DNA from: Spirochaetales bacterium
GTDB taxonomy: Bacteria; Spirochaetota; Spirochaetia; JABEVK01
DNA: 64,000 nt
Direction of reading: 5' to 3'
NCBI GenBank assembly: GCA_037142615.1
Contig: JBAXAI010000001.1
Location: 1 to 64,000, forward strand
Within the stretch, counting starts at the first letter, position 1; every line of letters begins with the position of its first letter. Under the pieces are notes generated by a model. It was not told where the DNA came from. It ran no database searches and saw only the letters and a list, made by a program, of their open reading frames with translations. Positions 55,971 through 64,000 of the stretch are shown in pieces. A program made the position numbers and the translations under genes.

Positions 55971-56717
55971 ATGGTTGCACTTGTCACCGGTGGGGCCCAC
56001 CGCCTGGGCGCAGAACTCGCTCTTTCTCTTGCCGCAGAGGGCTACGACCTGTGGATCCACTACCGGGGCTCTGCTCAGGCCGCGAGCGAGCTGGTAGACC
56101 GCCTGATTCAGAAGGGGGGCAGGGCCACGGCGGTTCAGGCTGATCTTGCCTGTGGCGGTGGGGCCGAAGCCCTTCTGGCGGCCCTTCGGTCGGGGCCGCT
56201 GCCATTCCCTTCGGTCGTGGTGCATTCTGCCTCCCAATGGTTGGTGGATAGTTGGAGGAGCGCTCTGTACGAGGATTGGGAGTCAGCGCACCGCCTGCAC
56301 AGCTGGACAGCCCTGCAGTTGGCCCGGGGGCTTGCCGAGTACGCTGAGAAAGCTAACGGGACCTGCCACCTGATCACTTTGCTCGACGCCCGCTCGCGGG
56401 ACCGTGACCCTGACCATTTTTCCTACGCGTTTGCCAAACGGGAACTGGGTCTGCTGACGCGTTGGTTGGCTCTCGAACTCGCCCCGGGTGTGCGTGTGAA
56501 CGGCATTGCGCCCGGCCTGGCCCTGCGTCCCGAAACGATGCCCTTGGCACAATGGGAGCAGATGGCGCTGGAATCAACTCCCTTGCGCGAGCCTGCGACG
56601 CCAGACCAGGTGGTATCGGCGCTCCGCTTCCTGCTCGACAGTCCGACCGTTACCGGCCAGGTGATCTCGGTCGACTCGGGACGGCACCTCCACGGAGACC
56701 TCTTTGGCTCCCTTTGA
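55971..56717 (+). CDS. SDR oxidoreductase, pteridine reductase/FolM-like
   Basis: ALVTGGAHRLG, YAFAK, VRVNGIAPG, VTGQVISVDSG; upstream of folB. Confidence 0.8.
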   Translation: MVALVTGGAHRLGAELALSLAAEGYDLWIHYRGSAQAASELVDRLIQKGGRATAVQADLACGGGAEALLAALRSGPLPFPSVVVHSASQWLVDSWRSALYEDWESAHRLHSWTALQLARGLAEYAEKANGTCHLITLLDARSRDRDPDHFSYAFAKRELGLLTRWLALELAPGVRVNGIAPGLALRPETMPLAQWEQMALESTPLREPATPDQVVSALRFLLDSPTVTGQVISVDSGRHLHGDLFGSL

Positions 56718-57060
56718 CGAGTTGCGGCTGGAAAACTGGGCCATACAAGTAGCCATCGGTGCCTGGGACGAAGAAAAAGCGGCCACGCAGCAACTCGTGT
56801 TGGATGTTCGCCTGCGGGGCGACTTTTCCCGGGCCACCGCCACCGACCGCCTTGACGAGGCTCTTGACTATGCCGTTTTAAGGCAGGACTGTGAGCGCTG
56901 GCTGCTGGGTAAGCGGTGGGTTCTGCTCGAGGCCTTCACGGCGGATCTCTGCCAGCACCTGTTGACGCCCGACCTCGTGCGCGAGGTCACGGCCACCGTA
57001 CTCAAACCTGCCGCCCAGGCCCCGGTGCGGGTCAGTTGCACAATGACTAGAGCAAAATGA
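56704..57060 (+). CDS. folB: Dihydroneopterin aldolase
   Basis: IGAWDEEK..TQ, DRLDEALDYA, LLEA, LKPAA. Confidence 0.85.
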   Translation: MAPFDELRLENWAIQVAIGAWDEEKAATQQLVLDVRLRGDFSRATATDRLDEALDYAVLRQDCERWLLGKRWVLLEAFTADLCQHLLTPDLVREVTATVLKPAAQAPVRVSCTMTRAK

Positions 57061-57210
57061 CTCAATGAGTCATAAAGGGACATAAAGTCCATCGATCTCT
57101 TGTCCTGGGTATTTATGATACATGTGTGTCACATTAGTTCGGGAGGTGCCAGCCCTCGAATTGTCATTAACATGTTCTCTTAAAGAGATTTAGGATGACA
57201 TTCGCAGAAT

Positions 57211-57226
57211 TGGCACGTCCTTTGCT
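57211..57226 (+). promoter_or_regulatory. Sigma54 (-24/-12) promoter upstream of Hsp20
   Basis: TGGCACG-TCCT-TTGCT, an exact match to the TGGCACG-N4-TTGCW consensus. Confidence 0.8.
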
Positions 57227-57267
57227 TTCCTTTGGTATCGCCCATAGGAATCAATAGGAGGTTCCCC

Positions 57268-57651
57268 ATGAACATGTACGATCTTCTGACTTCGACGCTT
57301 CCGGCTTTGGCGAGCGTCCCGGCGTTGCCGCGGGTTGATGTTTCCGAGGTGCAAGGCGCCTATGAACTGACGGCCGAATTGCCGGGCCTCAGCCCGGAGC
57401 AGGTCACCGTTCAGGTGACCGACGGACTTCTGGAAGTTTCCGCTCCTGCCCTCGAGAGGAGCACGCCCGAAGGGAGTCGATGGTTGGTGCGAGAGCGTCA
57501 GAACCAAGCTTTTCACCGTTCCTTCCGCCTGCCTCGCGACGTCGATGCGACCGGGATCGAAGCCCATTTCGCCAACGGCTTGCTCAAGCTGATTTTGCCC
57601 AAGAAGCCCGAGGCTCAGCCTCGCACGGTTGCCATCAAGACCGCGGCTTAG
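57268..57651 (+). CDS. Hsp20/alpha-crystallin small heat shock protein
   Basis: SD AGGAGG; PRVDV.E, AELPGL, RER...F.RSFRLP, A.F.NGLL...LPK. Confidence 0.92.
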   Translation: MNMYDLLTSTLPALASVPALPRVDVSEVQGAYELTAELPGLSPEQVTVQVTDGLLEVSAPALERSTPEGSRWLVRERQNQAFHRSFRLPRDVDATGIEAHFANGLLKLILPKKPEAQPRTVAIKTAA

Positions 57652-57808
57652 AGGGCTCCAAGCGTCCCAATCAACTTGCGATGGCCAGCAAACTGGGCTA
57701 AGATCGGGCAATGGAAAAGCGTGCCTCTTTCACCCTTTCGAAAAAGTTCAGTTTGCTGGCCCAGGCTGGGGCAACCCTCGAACCCGGCCGCAAGTTCAAG
57801 GCTTGGTG

Positions 57809-58372
57809 ATGGACGAGAAGCGCGTCGCCCAGTTGATCCGTGAACTTCTGGTTGAACTCGGCGAAGACCCTGACCGTGAGGGTCTGGCGCGTACGCCCCA
57901 GCGGGTTGCCAAGTCCTGGGAGTTTCTGACCCGAGGCTATCGGCAAGACCCCGAAGAGGTACTCAATCAGGCCGTGTTCACCGCTGCGGGCCACAACATG
58001 GTCATCGTGCGCAACATCGAGATCTTCTCGTTGTGCGAGCACCATTTGCTGCCGTTTTTTGGCCGTTGTCAGGTAGGCTACATTCCCCGGGACAAAGTCC
58101 TCGGCGTCAGCAAAATCGCACGCCTGGCCGACGTTTTCTCGCGCCGTCTGCAGATTCAGGAAAGGCTCACCGACCAAGTAGCTGGCGCCGTGATGGAAGC
58201 GACAGGTGCGCTGGGAGTCGGCGTTGTCATCGAGGCGAAGCACCTGTGCATGATGATGCGGGGCGTTGAGAAACAACACTCGTCGATGGTGACCAGCGCG
58301 GTTCTCGGCAGTTTCCGGTCCGACCCCAAGACACGCGAGGAGTTCCTGTCGCTTATACGGGCCTTTGACTAG
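57809..58372 (+). CDS. folE: GTP cyclohydrolase I
   Basis: [39 protein letters not shown]. Confidence 0.96.
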   Translation: MDEKRVAQLIRELLVELGEDPDREGLARTPQRVAKSWEFLTRGYRQDPEEVLNQAVFTAAGHNMVIVRNIEIFSLCEHHLLPFFGRCQVGYIPRDKVLGVSKIARLADVFSRRLQIQERLTDQVAGAVMEATGALGVGVVIEAKHLCMMMRGVEKQHSSMVTSAVLGSFRSDPKTREEFLSLIRAFD

Positions 58373-58377
58373 TAGGG

Positions 58378-58959
58378 CTAGTTCGTCAGCGCGCGCAGCT
58401 GCGCCTTGGCCTCGTCGAGGTGTCCTTGGTATTCCATCCGCATCGGTTCCAAGTTTTCGGCGAGAACCTTGAGGTAAGCTGGATCCCGTTCAAGCACGTA
58501 CTGCGCGGGGTTGGCTCCCTGCTGCTGTGCTCGTTGACGAAGCTGCGGGCCCAGTTGCTGGGCAATGGCCGCCCTCAGTTGGGTGACCTCCTGGCCGTAC
58601 TGCTGGAACAAACCCGACAGCGACTCAACGATGGGTCCGGATTTTCCCGACGTGAGAACGTCCAGAAGGGCCGCGACCTTTTCAAGATCCTTGAGGGCCG
58701 GGATTTCGAAGGCCAGATTGATGCGGCTGACGAGGTTTTCGCCGGCGCCGGAGCGGAACGACTGCTTTTCATCCTTGCCGAGCTCGGCGCTACGGGTCTT
58801 GAGCGATTCAGCGAAGAACGCCGGACCCTCTTCCAGTCCCTTGGCGGCAGCGACTCGACCCTGCGTGAACAGTTCCTTGCGTCGCAATTCGTCCTTGTCG
58901 ACCGAAAGGCCTTCGGTTTTTTCGAGGGCCAGTTCAAGGGCCGATTTGATCAGTGCCAT
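58378..58959 (-). CDS. Conserved hypothetical protein (DUF6657-like)
   Basis: MALIKSALELALEKT N-terminus typical of this family. Confidence 0.7.
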   Translation of the reverse strand: MALIKSALELALEKTEGLSVDKDELRRKELFTQGRVAAAKGLEEGPAFFAESLKTRSAELGKDEKQSFRSGAGENLVSRINLAFEIPALKDLEKVAALLDVLTSGKSGPIVESLSGLFQQYGQEVTQLRAAIAQQLGPQLRQRAQQQGANPAQYVLERDPAYLKVLAENLEPMRMEYQGHLDEAKAQLRALTN

Positions 58960-59567
58960 AGGTGTACTCCCGCCTTCAAGATAGCCGAATCTGCCCCCAA
59001 GATCAAACCATCGAGCAGGTGGTCGTGCGGCTCGGTAGGCAACCAGCTGACGGCTTGCCCGGAAAACGCGTAGCCGAGTGAGACGACACTGGGAGCGTTC
59101 TGACCAAGAAACCGATCGAAAAAGCCTCCACCTCGACCCAGGCGGGCTCCCCCAGGTGCGAAAGCCAGCCCCGGAACCAGGACCAAGGAGCTGCGATTTT
59201 CCGACGGTTCCCAGCACGGTCCCTCGAACGGTTGCGAAAGGCCCCAGCGGTGGCTCTCCCAGGGACCGTCGAGCGAGCTCACGTGCACGAACGTCATTGC
59301 CTTGGCTTCGACCCGGGCGAGTGCGACCCTTTGCCCCCTTTCCAAGCAAAGGTTGAGAAAGACCGTCAGATCCGGCTCGGTCGCACCCGGAAGGCACGCC
59401 AAAACCCAGTCGAAACCGGCTCCGGGCTCCCACCGAGTCAACTGCTCCACGATGCCGGCGGCCTCGTTTGCATCGCTGACGAGAGTCTGAAAAAGCTCTC
59501 TGTGCCGCTTTTTTTCCTCGCGGACACTCGCTTGCGGGTCTGGCTGAGGCACGCTAGAATGACTCAT
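58950..59567 (-). CDS. 5-formyltetrahydrofolate cyclo-ligase
   Basis: VPGLAF..GG.RLGRGGGFFDRFL; PTEPHD. Confidence 0.88.
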   Translation of the reverse strand: MSHSSVPQPDPQASVREEKKRHRELFQTLVSDANEAAGIVEQLTRWEPGAGFDWVLACLPGATEPDLTVFLNLCLERGQRVALARVEAKAMTFVHVSSLDGPWESHRWGLSQPFEGPCWEPSENRSSLVLVPGLAFAPGGARLGRGGGFFDRFLGQNAPSVVSLGYAFSGQAVSWLPTEPHDHLLDGLILGADSAILKAGVHLWH

Positions 59568-59904
59568 GGGCACTCCTTCAGCAACCAACTACAGTCTGGC
59601 CTACTTTGAAGATATTTTCGGTGGACGCAACGACGAGTTCCGCGACCTCTTGGCCATAATTTTGGAAATGCTGGTTTTCTACCACTCTGCCTACCCCGAA
59701 GTGGCCCGTTCCCCCGATCCCGAAGAGCTCTCGCAGTTCCGTCATAAGCATGTCACTCTCATCGAGAACCTGCAGTTGGCCCGTTTGAAGCAACTTTCCA
59801 TCGAAGTGGCCTCCCTGACCGGCGAGGCTCGCGAACGCAACATCACCGAGGTGCAGTCTCTGGTCAGCCATCTGATCGAGGACCTGCGCGTCGAGCTGGG
59901 TTAG
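59566..59904 (+). CDS. Small helical protein, possibly Hpt-like
   Basis: LAYFEDIFGG.....DLL...; FRHK His in a helical bundle; TAGAAT 5 nt upstream. Confidence 0.6.
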   Translation: MGTPSATNYSLAYFEDIFGGRNDEFRDLLAIILEMLVFYHSAYPEVARSPDPEELSQFRHKHVTLIENLQLARLKQLSIEVASLTGEARERNITEVQSLVSHLIEDLRVELG

Positions 59905-61130
59905 CGTTTCCCGAGAACGGATTCGAGACGACTGAGCGCCACCTCGACCTTTTCACGGTGGTTGAAGGCACTGATGCGAATGTAGCCCTGGCCGCACGTC
60001 CCGAAGCCTGATCCCGGCGTGACGACGACCTGGGCTTCGTCGAGAAGGCGGTCGAAGCTTTCCCAACTGTCGGTGCCGACTTTGACCCACACGTAGGGTC
60101 CATTTTCGCCGCCGGTGACCTCGAGCCCCCACGACAGCAGCCGTTCGCGGATCAGTCGTGCGTTGGCCATGTACGAGTCGGTCAGTTGGCGCACTTCCTT
60201 CTGCCCCTCGGCTGTGTAGACGGCTGCGGCGGCCACCTGAACCGGGTACGACACGCCGTTGAACTTGGTGCTGTGCCGCCGGTTCCAAATATCAAGGAGT
60301 TTATGGCCGTTGCCTTCGGAATCCCAAACCAGAACGGTGTCGGGAATGACGGTGTAGGCGCACCGTGTGCCGGTGAAGCCAGCCGTTTTCGAGAACGATC
60401 TGAACTCTACGGCGCACTCGCGGGCCCCAGGAATCTCAAAGATCGAAATGGGAATCTGAGGGTCGCGGATGAAGGCGGCGTAGGCGGCGTCGAACAACAG
60501 GAGTGCCTTGTGCTCCCGGGCGTAGTCGACCCAGGCCTGAAGCTGCGCCCGGGTGGCAACCGCGCCGGTCGGGTTGTTGGGAAAGCAGAGGTACACCAGA
60601 TCGAGGGCATAGGTCGGTGGCGGGGGAACAAAACCGTTTTCGCGGTTTCCCTCCAGGTAGAAAAGGCCCTCGTAGCGGCCGTCAACAGCGGCACCGGTGC
60701 GGCCTGCCATCACGTTGGTGTCGACGTAGACCGGATACACCGGATCAGGAATGCCGATTCGCAGCTTGTCGCCCAACAGCTCCTGAAAGTTGCCGGTGTC
60801 GCACTTGGAGCCGTCGGAGACTACGATCTCGTGGGCACCGATCTGGGCCCCCCTCGCCTGAAAGTCGTGGGCAGCAATGGCTTCGCGGAGGAAGGCGTAG
60901 CCCTGTTCAGGCCCGTAACCCCGAAAGGTTTCGGCCTTGGACAACTCCTCGACCCCCTTGTGGAAGGCCGCGACGATGGTAGGGCTAAGCGGCAGCGTGA
61001 CATCCCCGATCCCCAGACGGATCAGCGGCTTGTCGGGATGCGCCTTTTGGTAGGCTTCGACCTTGCGCGAAATGGTTGTAAAAAGGTAGGACGCCTGAAG
61101 TTTACGGTAGTTTTCGTTGATGGTAATCAT
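59901..61130 (-). CDS. dapL: LL-diaminopimelate aminotransferase
   Basis: [43 protein letters not shown]. Confidence 0.95.
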   Translation of the reverse strand: MITINENYRKLQASYLFTTISRKVEAYQKAHPDKPLIRLGIGDVTLPLSPTIVAAFHKGVEELSKAETFRGYGPEQGYAFLREAIAAHDFQARGAQIGAHEIVVSDGSKCDTGNFQELLGDKLRIGIPDPVYPVYVDTNVMAGRTGAAVDGRYEGLFYLEGNRENGFVPPPPTYALDLVYLCFPNNPTGAVATRAQLQAWVDYAREHKALLLFDAAYAAFIRDPQIPISIFEIPGARECAVEFRSFSKTAGFTGTRCAYTVIPDTVLVWDSEGNGHKLLDIWNRRHSTKFNGVSYPVQVAAAAVYTAEGQKEVRQLTDSYMANARLIRERLLSWGLEVTGGENGPYVWVKVGTDSWESFDRLLDEAQVVVTPGSGFGTCGQGYIRISAFNHREKVEVALSRLESVLGKR

Positions 61131-61292
61131 GGGCGCTATTTTGCCGTAAACCCGGGGGAAGATCCAGAGCCCGGGTGTTACCCCGTGCCCTTGACCCTCA
61201 GCAGCTTTCCGGCTACTATATTCGCTCCGGACTGTGTTTGGGCGTCACCAGTGAAGTGCGTCAGAAAGGGCAGTCCAGGCAAGGAGCCACGC

Positions 61293-61541
61293 ATGAAAGA
61301 GGGCATTCACCCCAACTATCAATTTGTCTTGTTTAAGGACGGCTTGACCGGCACCATGTTCCTGTCCCGGTCGACCATGACCAGCAGAGAAAAGGTCAAG
61401 CACACCGACGGCAAAGAATACCCGGTGGTCACGATGGAAATCTCGGCTGACTCGCACCCGTTCTTCACCGGTCAGCAGCAGTTGGTCGACACGGCCGGCC
61501 GCGTGGAACGCTTCAACAAAAAGTACAACATCAAGAAGTAG
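61293..61541 (+). CDS. rpmE2: 50S ribosomal protein L31 type B
   Basis: MKEGIHPNY...[23 protein letters not shown]; no zinc-binding Cys. Confidence 0.95.
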   Translation: MKEGIHPNYQFVLFKDGLTGTMFLSRSTMTSREKVKHTDGKEYPVVTMEISADSHPFFTGQQQLVDTAGRVERFNKKYNIKK

Positions 61542-61558
61542 TTGTTTTCGGCCACCAC

Positions 61559-61588
61559 AAGAACCACCCGCGAGGGTGGTTTTTCTTT
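61559..61588. terminator. Rho-independent terminator, likely bidirectional
   Basis: AACCACCC GCGA GGGTGGTT followed by TTTCTTT, between convergent genes. Confidence 0.8.
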
Positions 61589-61600
61589 GTCCGAAGAAAG

Positions 61601-61882
61601 TTAGCCTTGGACCGGAGGCGCGAGGTTGGCCCAGGTTGCACCTCGGTTGCCGTTGACATCATCGCCGTAACTGACCACAAAAGCGGTGGCTTCCAGAACC
61701 TTTCGTACTACGTCGCGCTGGAAGCCGGTTCCCTTGCCGTGGATGATCCGAACCTGCTCGTAACCGAGCCGACGGGCTTCGAGCAGGTACTCCGCCGTGG
61801 CTTCGGGAATCTCGTTTTGCCGGAAGGTATGCAGGTCAAACTCGCGGCCCAAGGGGAGGACCACCGTTTCTTCGTCACTCAA
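61601..61882 (-). CDS. Stand-alone Smr-domain protein
   Basis: FDLHTF, VRIIHGKGTG, GNRGAT. Confidence 0.88.
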   Translation of the reverse strand: MSDEETVVLPLGREFDLHTFRQNEIPEATAEYLLEARRLGYEQVRIIHGKGTGFQRDVVRKVLEATAFVVSYGDDVNGNRGATWANLAPPVQG

Positions 61883-63012
61883 AGGGCAGGGCCTTCTGGC
61901 TTGTGGTGAACTCCCGAACTTGTACCACCACCACGACGGTGGCGCTGACGCGGCGGGCGCTTTCTCGGGGCCCTTACAGCCCAGACCCGGTAGAGCGTAC
62001 GCAGCGCAGTTTCGAGCTCCTGATTGGAGGGAATGATAGGCTTGAACCAGTCTTTGAGCTCCTGAAGAATCTGATCGAAGTTCTCCAGCGTGGCCCGGTT
62101 CTGCCAGCCCTGAGCTTCCAGCAACGGCGCCACCAAGAAACTCACAGCCGCCGAACGGTCAGGTTCCTTGCCAGCCTTCACTTCGGCGTCAAGCAGGGCC
62201 AAAGCTTGGGCCATTACCGGCGACTGAGGACCGAAAAGCCCTCGGTGCAGGGCCAGCGCAAGCTGCGGCACAAAGGCGTCGAGCACCTTGAGCTTTTCCA
62301 TCGCCGAGAAAATAGGCTGCGAATTGCCGGAAAACAGGACCTTGTAGAACTCTTCCGTGAGCCGCGCGGGCGAGATAGCCAACAGGAGGGGGGCCTTTCG
62401 CCGGATTTGCGCCTGAATGTTGCCGGGAATTCGAAAGCCGCTGGTCGTGGCGTACTTGGCCGCACGGATCATCCGTACGGGGTCCTCGTCAAAGATCACT
62501 TCCAGGGGAATGACGTTTTGGAGACGCTTGGACCGAATGTCCTTGACGCCCCCGGTCAGGTCGACGATGTACTGGTCTTTCGGATCGTAGAACAGAGTGT
62601 TGAAGGTGAAGTCGCGGCGTTTGGCGTCTTCTTCCAAGGTGCCGAACACGTTGTTGTCGCCTTCCACGTTACTGCGGAACGTGGCAACCTCGATGATCTT
62701 GTTCTGGGCAAAGTACACATGCACCAGCCGGAAACGCTTGCCGATGATCCGGCTGAACGGCAGCACTTTCTTGATCGCCCGCGGATGCGCGTCGGTGGCG
62801 ATGTCGAAGTCCTTGGGTTTGCGTCCCAACAGCAGGTCGCGGACCGCGCCTCCCACCACGTAGGCCTCGAACCCGGCCGAGCGGAGCTTGCGCGTGATGA
62901 AAAGGGCGTCGGGGTCAATCTGTTCCAGCTTGAGGCCGTGCTCTTCCTTGGTGTAGATGTCGGCCGACTTGACCGGGTTTCCGCGCGAGTCTTTTGTGTA
63001 CCGGGCTAACAT
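61879..63012 (-). CDS. pcnB: Poly(A) polymerase
   Basis: GGAVRDLLLG..PKDFDIAT; poly(A) polymerase signature IIGKRFRLVHV; RRDFT.N; EDPVRMIRA. Confidence 0.92.
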   Translation of the reverse strand: MLARYTKDSRGNPVKSADIYTKEEHGLKLEQIDPDALFITRKLRSAGFEAYVVGGAVRDLLLGRKPKDFDIATDAHPRAIKKVLPFSRIIGKRFRLVHVYFAQNKIIEVATFRSNVEGDNNVFGTLEEDAKRRDFTFNTLFYDPKDQYIVDLTGGVKDIRSKRLQNVIPLEVIFDEDPVRMIRAAKYATTSGFRIPGNIQAQIRRKAPLLLAISPARLTEEFYKVLFSGNSQPIFSAMEKLKVLDAFVPQLALALHRGLFGPQSPVMAQALALLDAEVKAGKEPDRSAAVSFLVAPLLEAQGWQNRATLENFDQILQELKDWFKPIIPSNQELETALRTLYRVWAVRAPRKRPPRQRHRRGGGTSSGVHHKPEGPAL

Positions 63013-63830
63013 GGCATTACCGCCTCGATGCTGGAGATCAGGGCCTCATAGGCCGGTGCGAGGCTGGTTTCGCCTTCAAGAATCGCCTTGCCCGACTCGG
63101 AAAGTGTCACCGCCCGTGGATCCATGGGGATCGACCCCAAAAAGGGCACTCCCAACTCTTCGCAGGCCCGCTTGCCGCCACCCTCACCAAAAAGCGGCAA
63201 GAGCGTCCCGTCGGCCGGATTCAGGTAGCCAGCCATATTCTCGACCAGACCCAACAGCGGCATTTTCAGCTGTTTGCTGAAATCGATGGTGCGGCGGGCG
63301 TCAAGCACCGAGACCGACTGGGGGGTCGTGACAATCAAACAACCGCGGCTGGGCGAGGAGTTGAGGGTTTGAGCCACTGTCAACGGTTCATCGCCGGTGC
63401 CTGGTGGGGAGTCTACGATCAGATAGTCGAGCTCGGGCCACGCGACGTCGGCAAGCAGTTGATTGATCAGCGCGATTTTGATAGGACCCCGCCAGATGTA
63501 CGCTGTGTCGACAGGACGCCCGGTCAGAGCCACCGAGACGACGAAGAGGTTGGGACGGGCTTCCAGCGGTTCTATGCTGGATTCTGCGACGCTCATACGC
63601 TCGTTGTCGATTCCGAGCATGTGGGCCACGTTGGGGCCGTGAATGTCCGTATCGAGCAAACCCACCCGATGGCCTTTCAGGGCCAGTCCGACGGCCAAGT
63701 TGACGCTTACGGTTGACTTTCCTACGCCGCCTTTGCCCGACAGAACGACAACCTTGTGCTTGATCTTCTTCATGTTGGCCCGCAGGCGCATCATCTGGGC
63801 GAGCTTCTCGTCGCCTTCGGGACCGTGCAT
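63006..63830 (-). CDS. mrp: Mrp/NBP35 Fe-S carrier ATPase
   Basis: SGKGGVGKST, DIHGP, DSPPGTGDE, VTTPQ, ENM. Confidence 0.92.
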   Translation of the reverse strand: MHGPEGDEKLAQMMRLRANMKKIKHKVVVLSGKGGVGKSTVSVNLAVGLALKGHRVGLLDTDIHGPNVAHMLGIDNERMSVAESSIEPLEARPNLFVVSVALTGRPVDTAYIWRGPIKIALINQLLADVAWPELDYLIVDSPPGTGDEPLTVAQTLNSSPSRGCLIVTTPQSVSVLDARRTIDFSKQLKMPLLGLVENMAGYLNPADGTLLPLFGEGGGKRACEELGVPFLGSIPMDPRAVTLSESGKAILEGETSLAPAYEALISSIEAVMPC

Positions 63831-63847
63831 GGAAATCTCCTGATCGG

Positions 63848-64000
63848 CTAGTCCGAAACCTTGGTTGTCTCGGTGGGTTTGGCGGCGGGCTTTTTCGAGT
63901 CGTTGATGTAGAATCCGCTGCCCCGAAAAATGATGCCGGAGCCGCCGCCAATCAGGCGCTTCAGGCGGCCCTTGCAACTGGGGCACATCGCGAGAGGTTC
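63848..64000 (-). CDS. FmdB-family zinc-ribbon protein (5' end outside the window)
   Basis: Hand translation EPLAMCPSCKGRLKRLIGGGSGIIFRGSGFYINDSKK...*. Confidence 0.85.
   Translation of the reverse strand, partial: EPLAMCPSCKGRLKRLIGGGSGIIFRGSGFYINDSKKPAAKPTETTKVSD

Noticed and set aside
61200-61541. Zur-regulated zinc-sparing role for L31 type B
   Set aside because: No Zur/Fur-like palindrome recognisable upstream; it may be the only L31.

Overview
GC-rich bacterial chromosome segment, most likely from a spirochaete (inferred from a SpiroCoCo-like coiled-coil gene and other spirochaete-style hypothetical genes). Bases 1-9.3 kb hold signalling and metabolic genes: a dCache sensor not listed in the ORF track, a receiver protein, a receiver-adenylate cyclase, a penicillin-acylase-type Ntn hydrolase and a ferric reductase. 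Bases ~9.4-31.6 kb form an accessory, conflict-type region ending at a tRNA-Gly(CCC). It contains a HipBA-like toxin-antitoxin pair, a caspase-like/C2 lipoprotein, a Ser/Thr kinase, a J-domain protein, DUF5131, a sirtuin, two soluble MotA/FliG-like paralogs and an apparently split sigma factor. It also has two NADAR proteins, a DUF2779 Cas4-like/exonuclease protein, a bacterial PARG, a double-AAA ATPase, several gene relics, and a decayed 1.3 kb integrative element next to a four-way-junction structure built from tRNA 3'-end copies. Bases 32-64 kb are mostly housekeeping: gpsA, trpS, a phosphohexomutase, RqcH, murD, a sugar ABC system with GH3, pyrK/pyrD, folate genes interrupted by a sigma54-type Hsp20 unit, dapL, rpmE2, pcnB and mrp. 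All family calls come from motif recognition by eye; no database searches were run.
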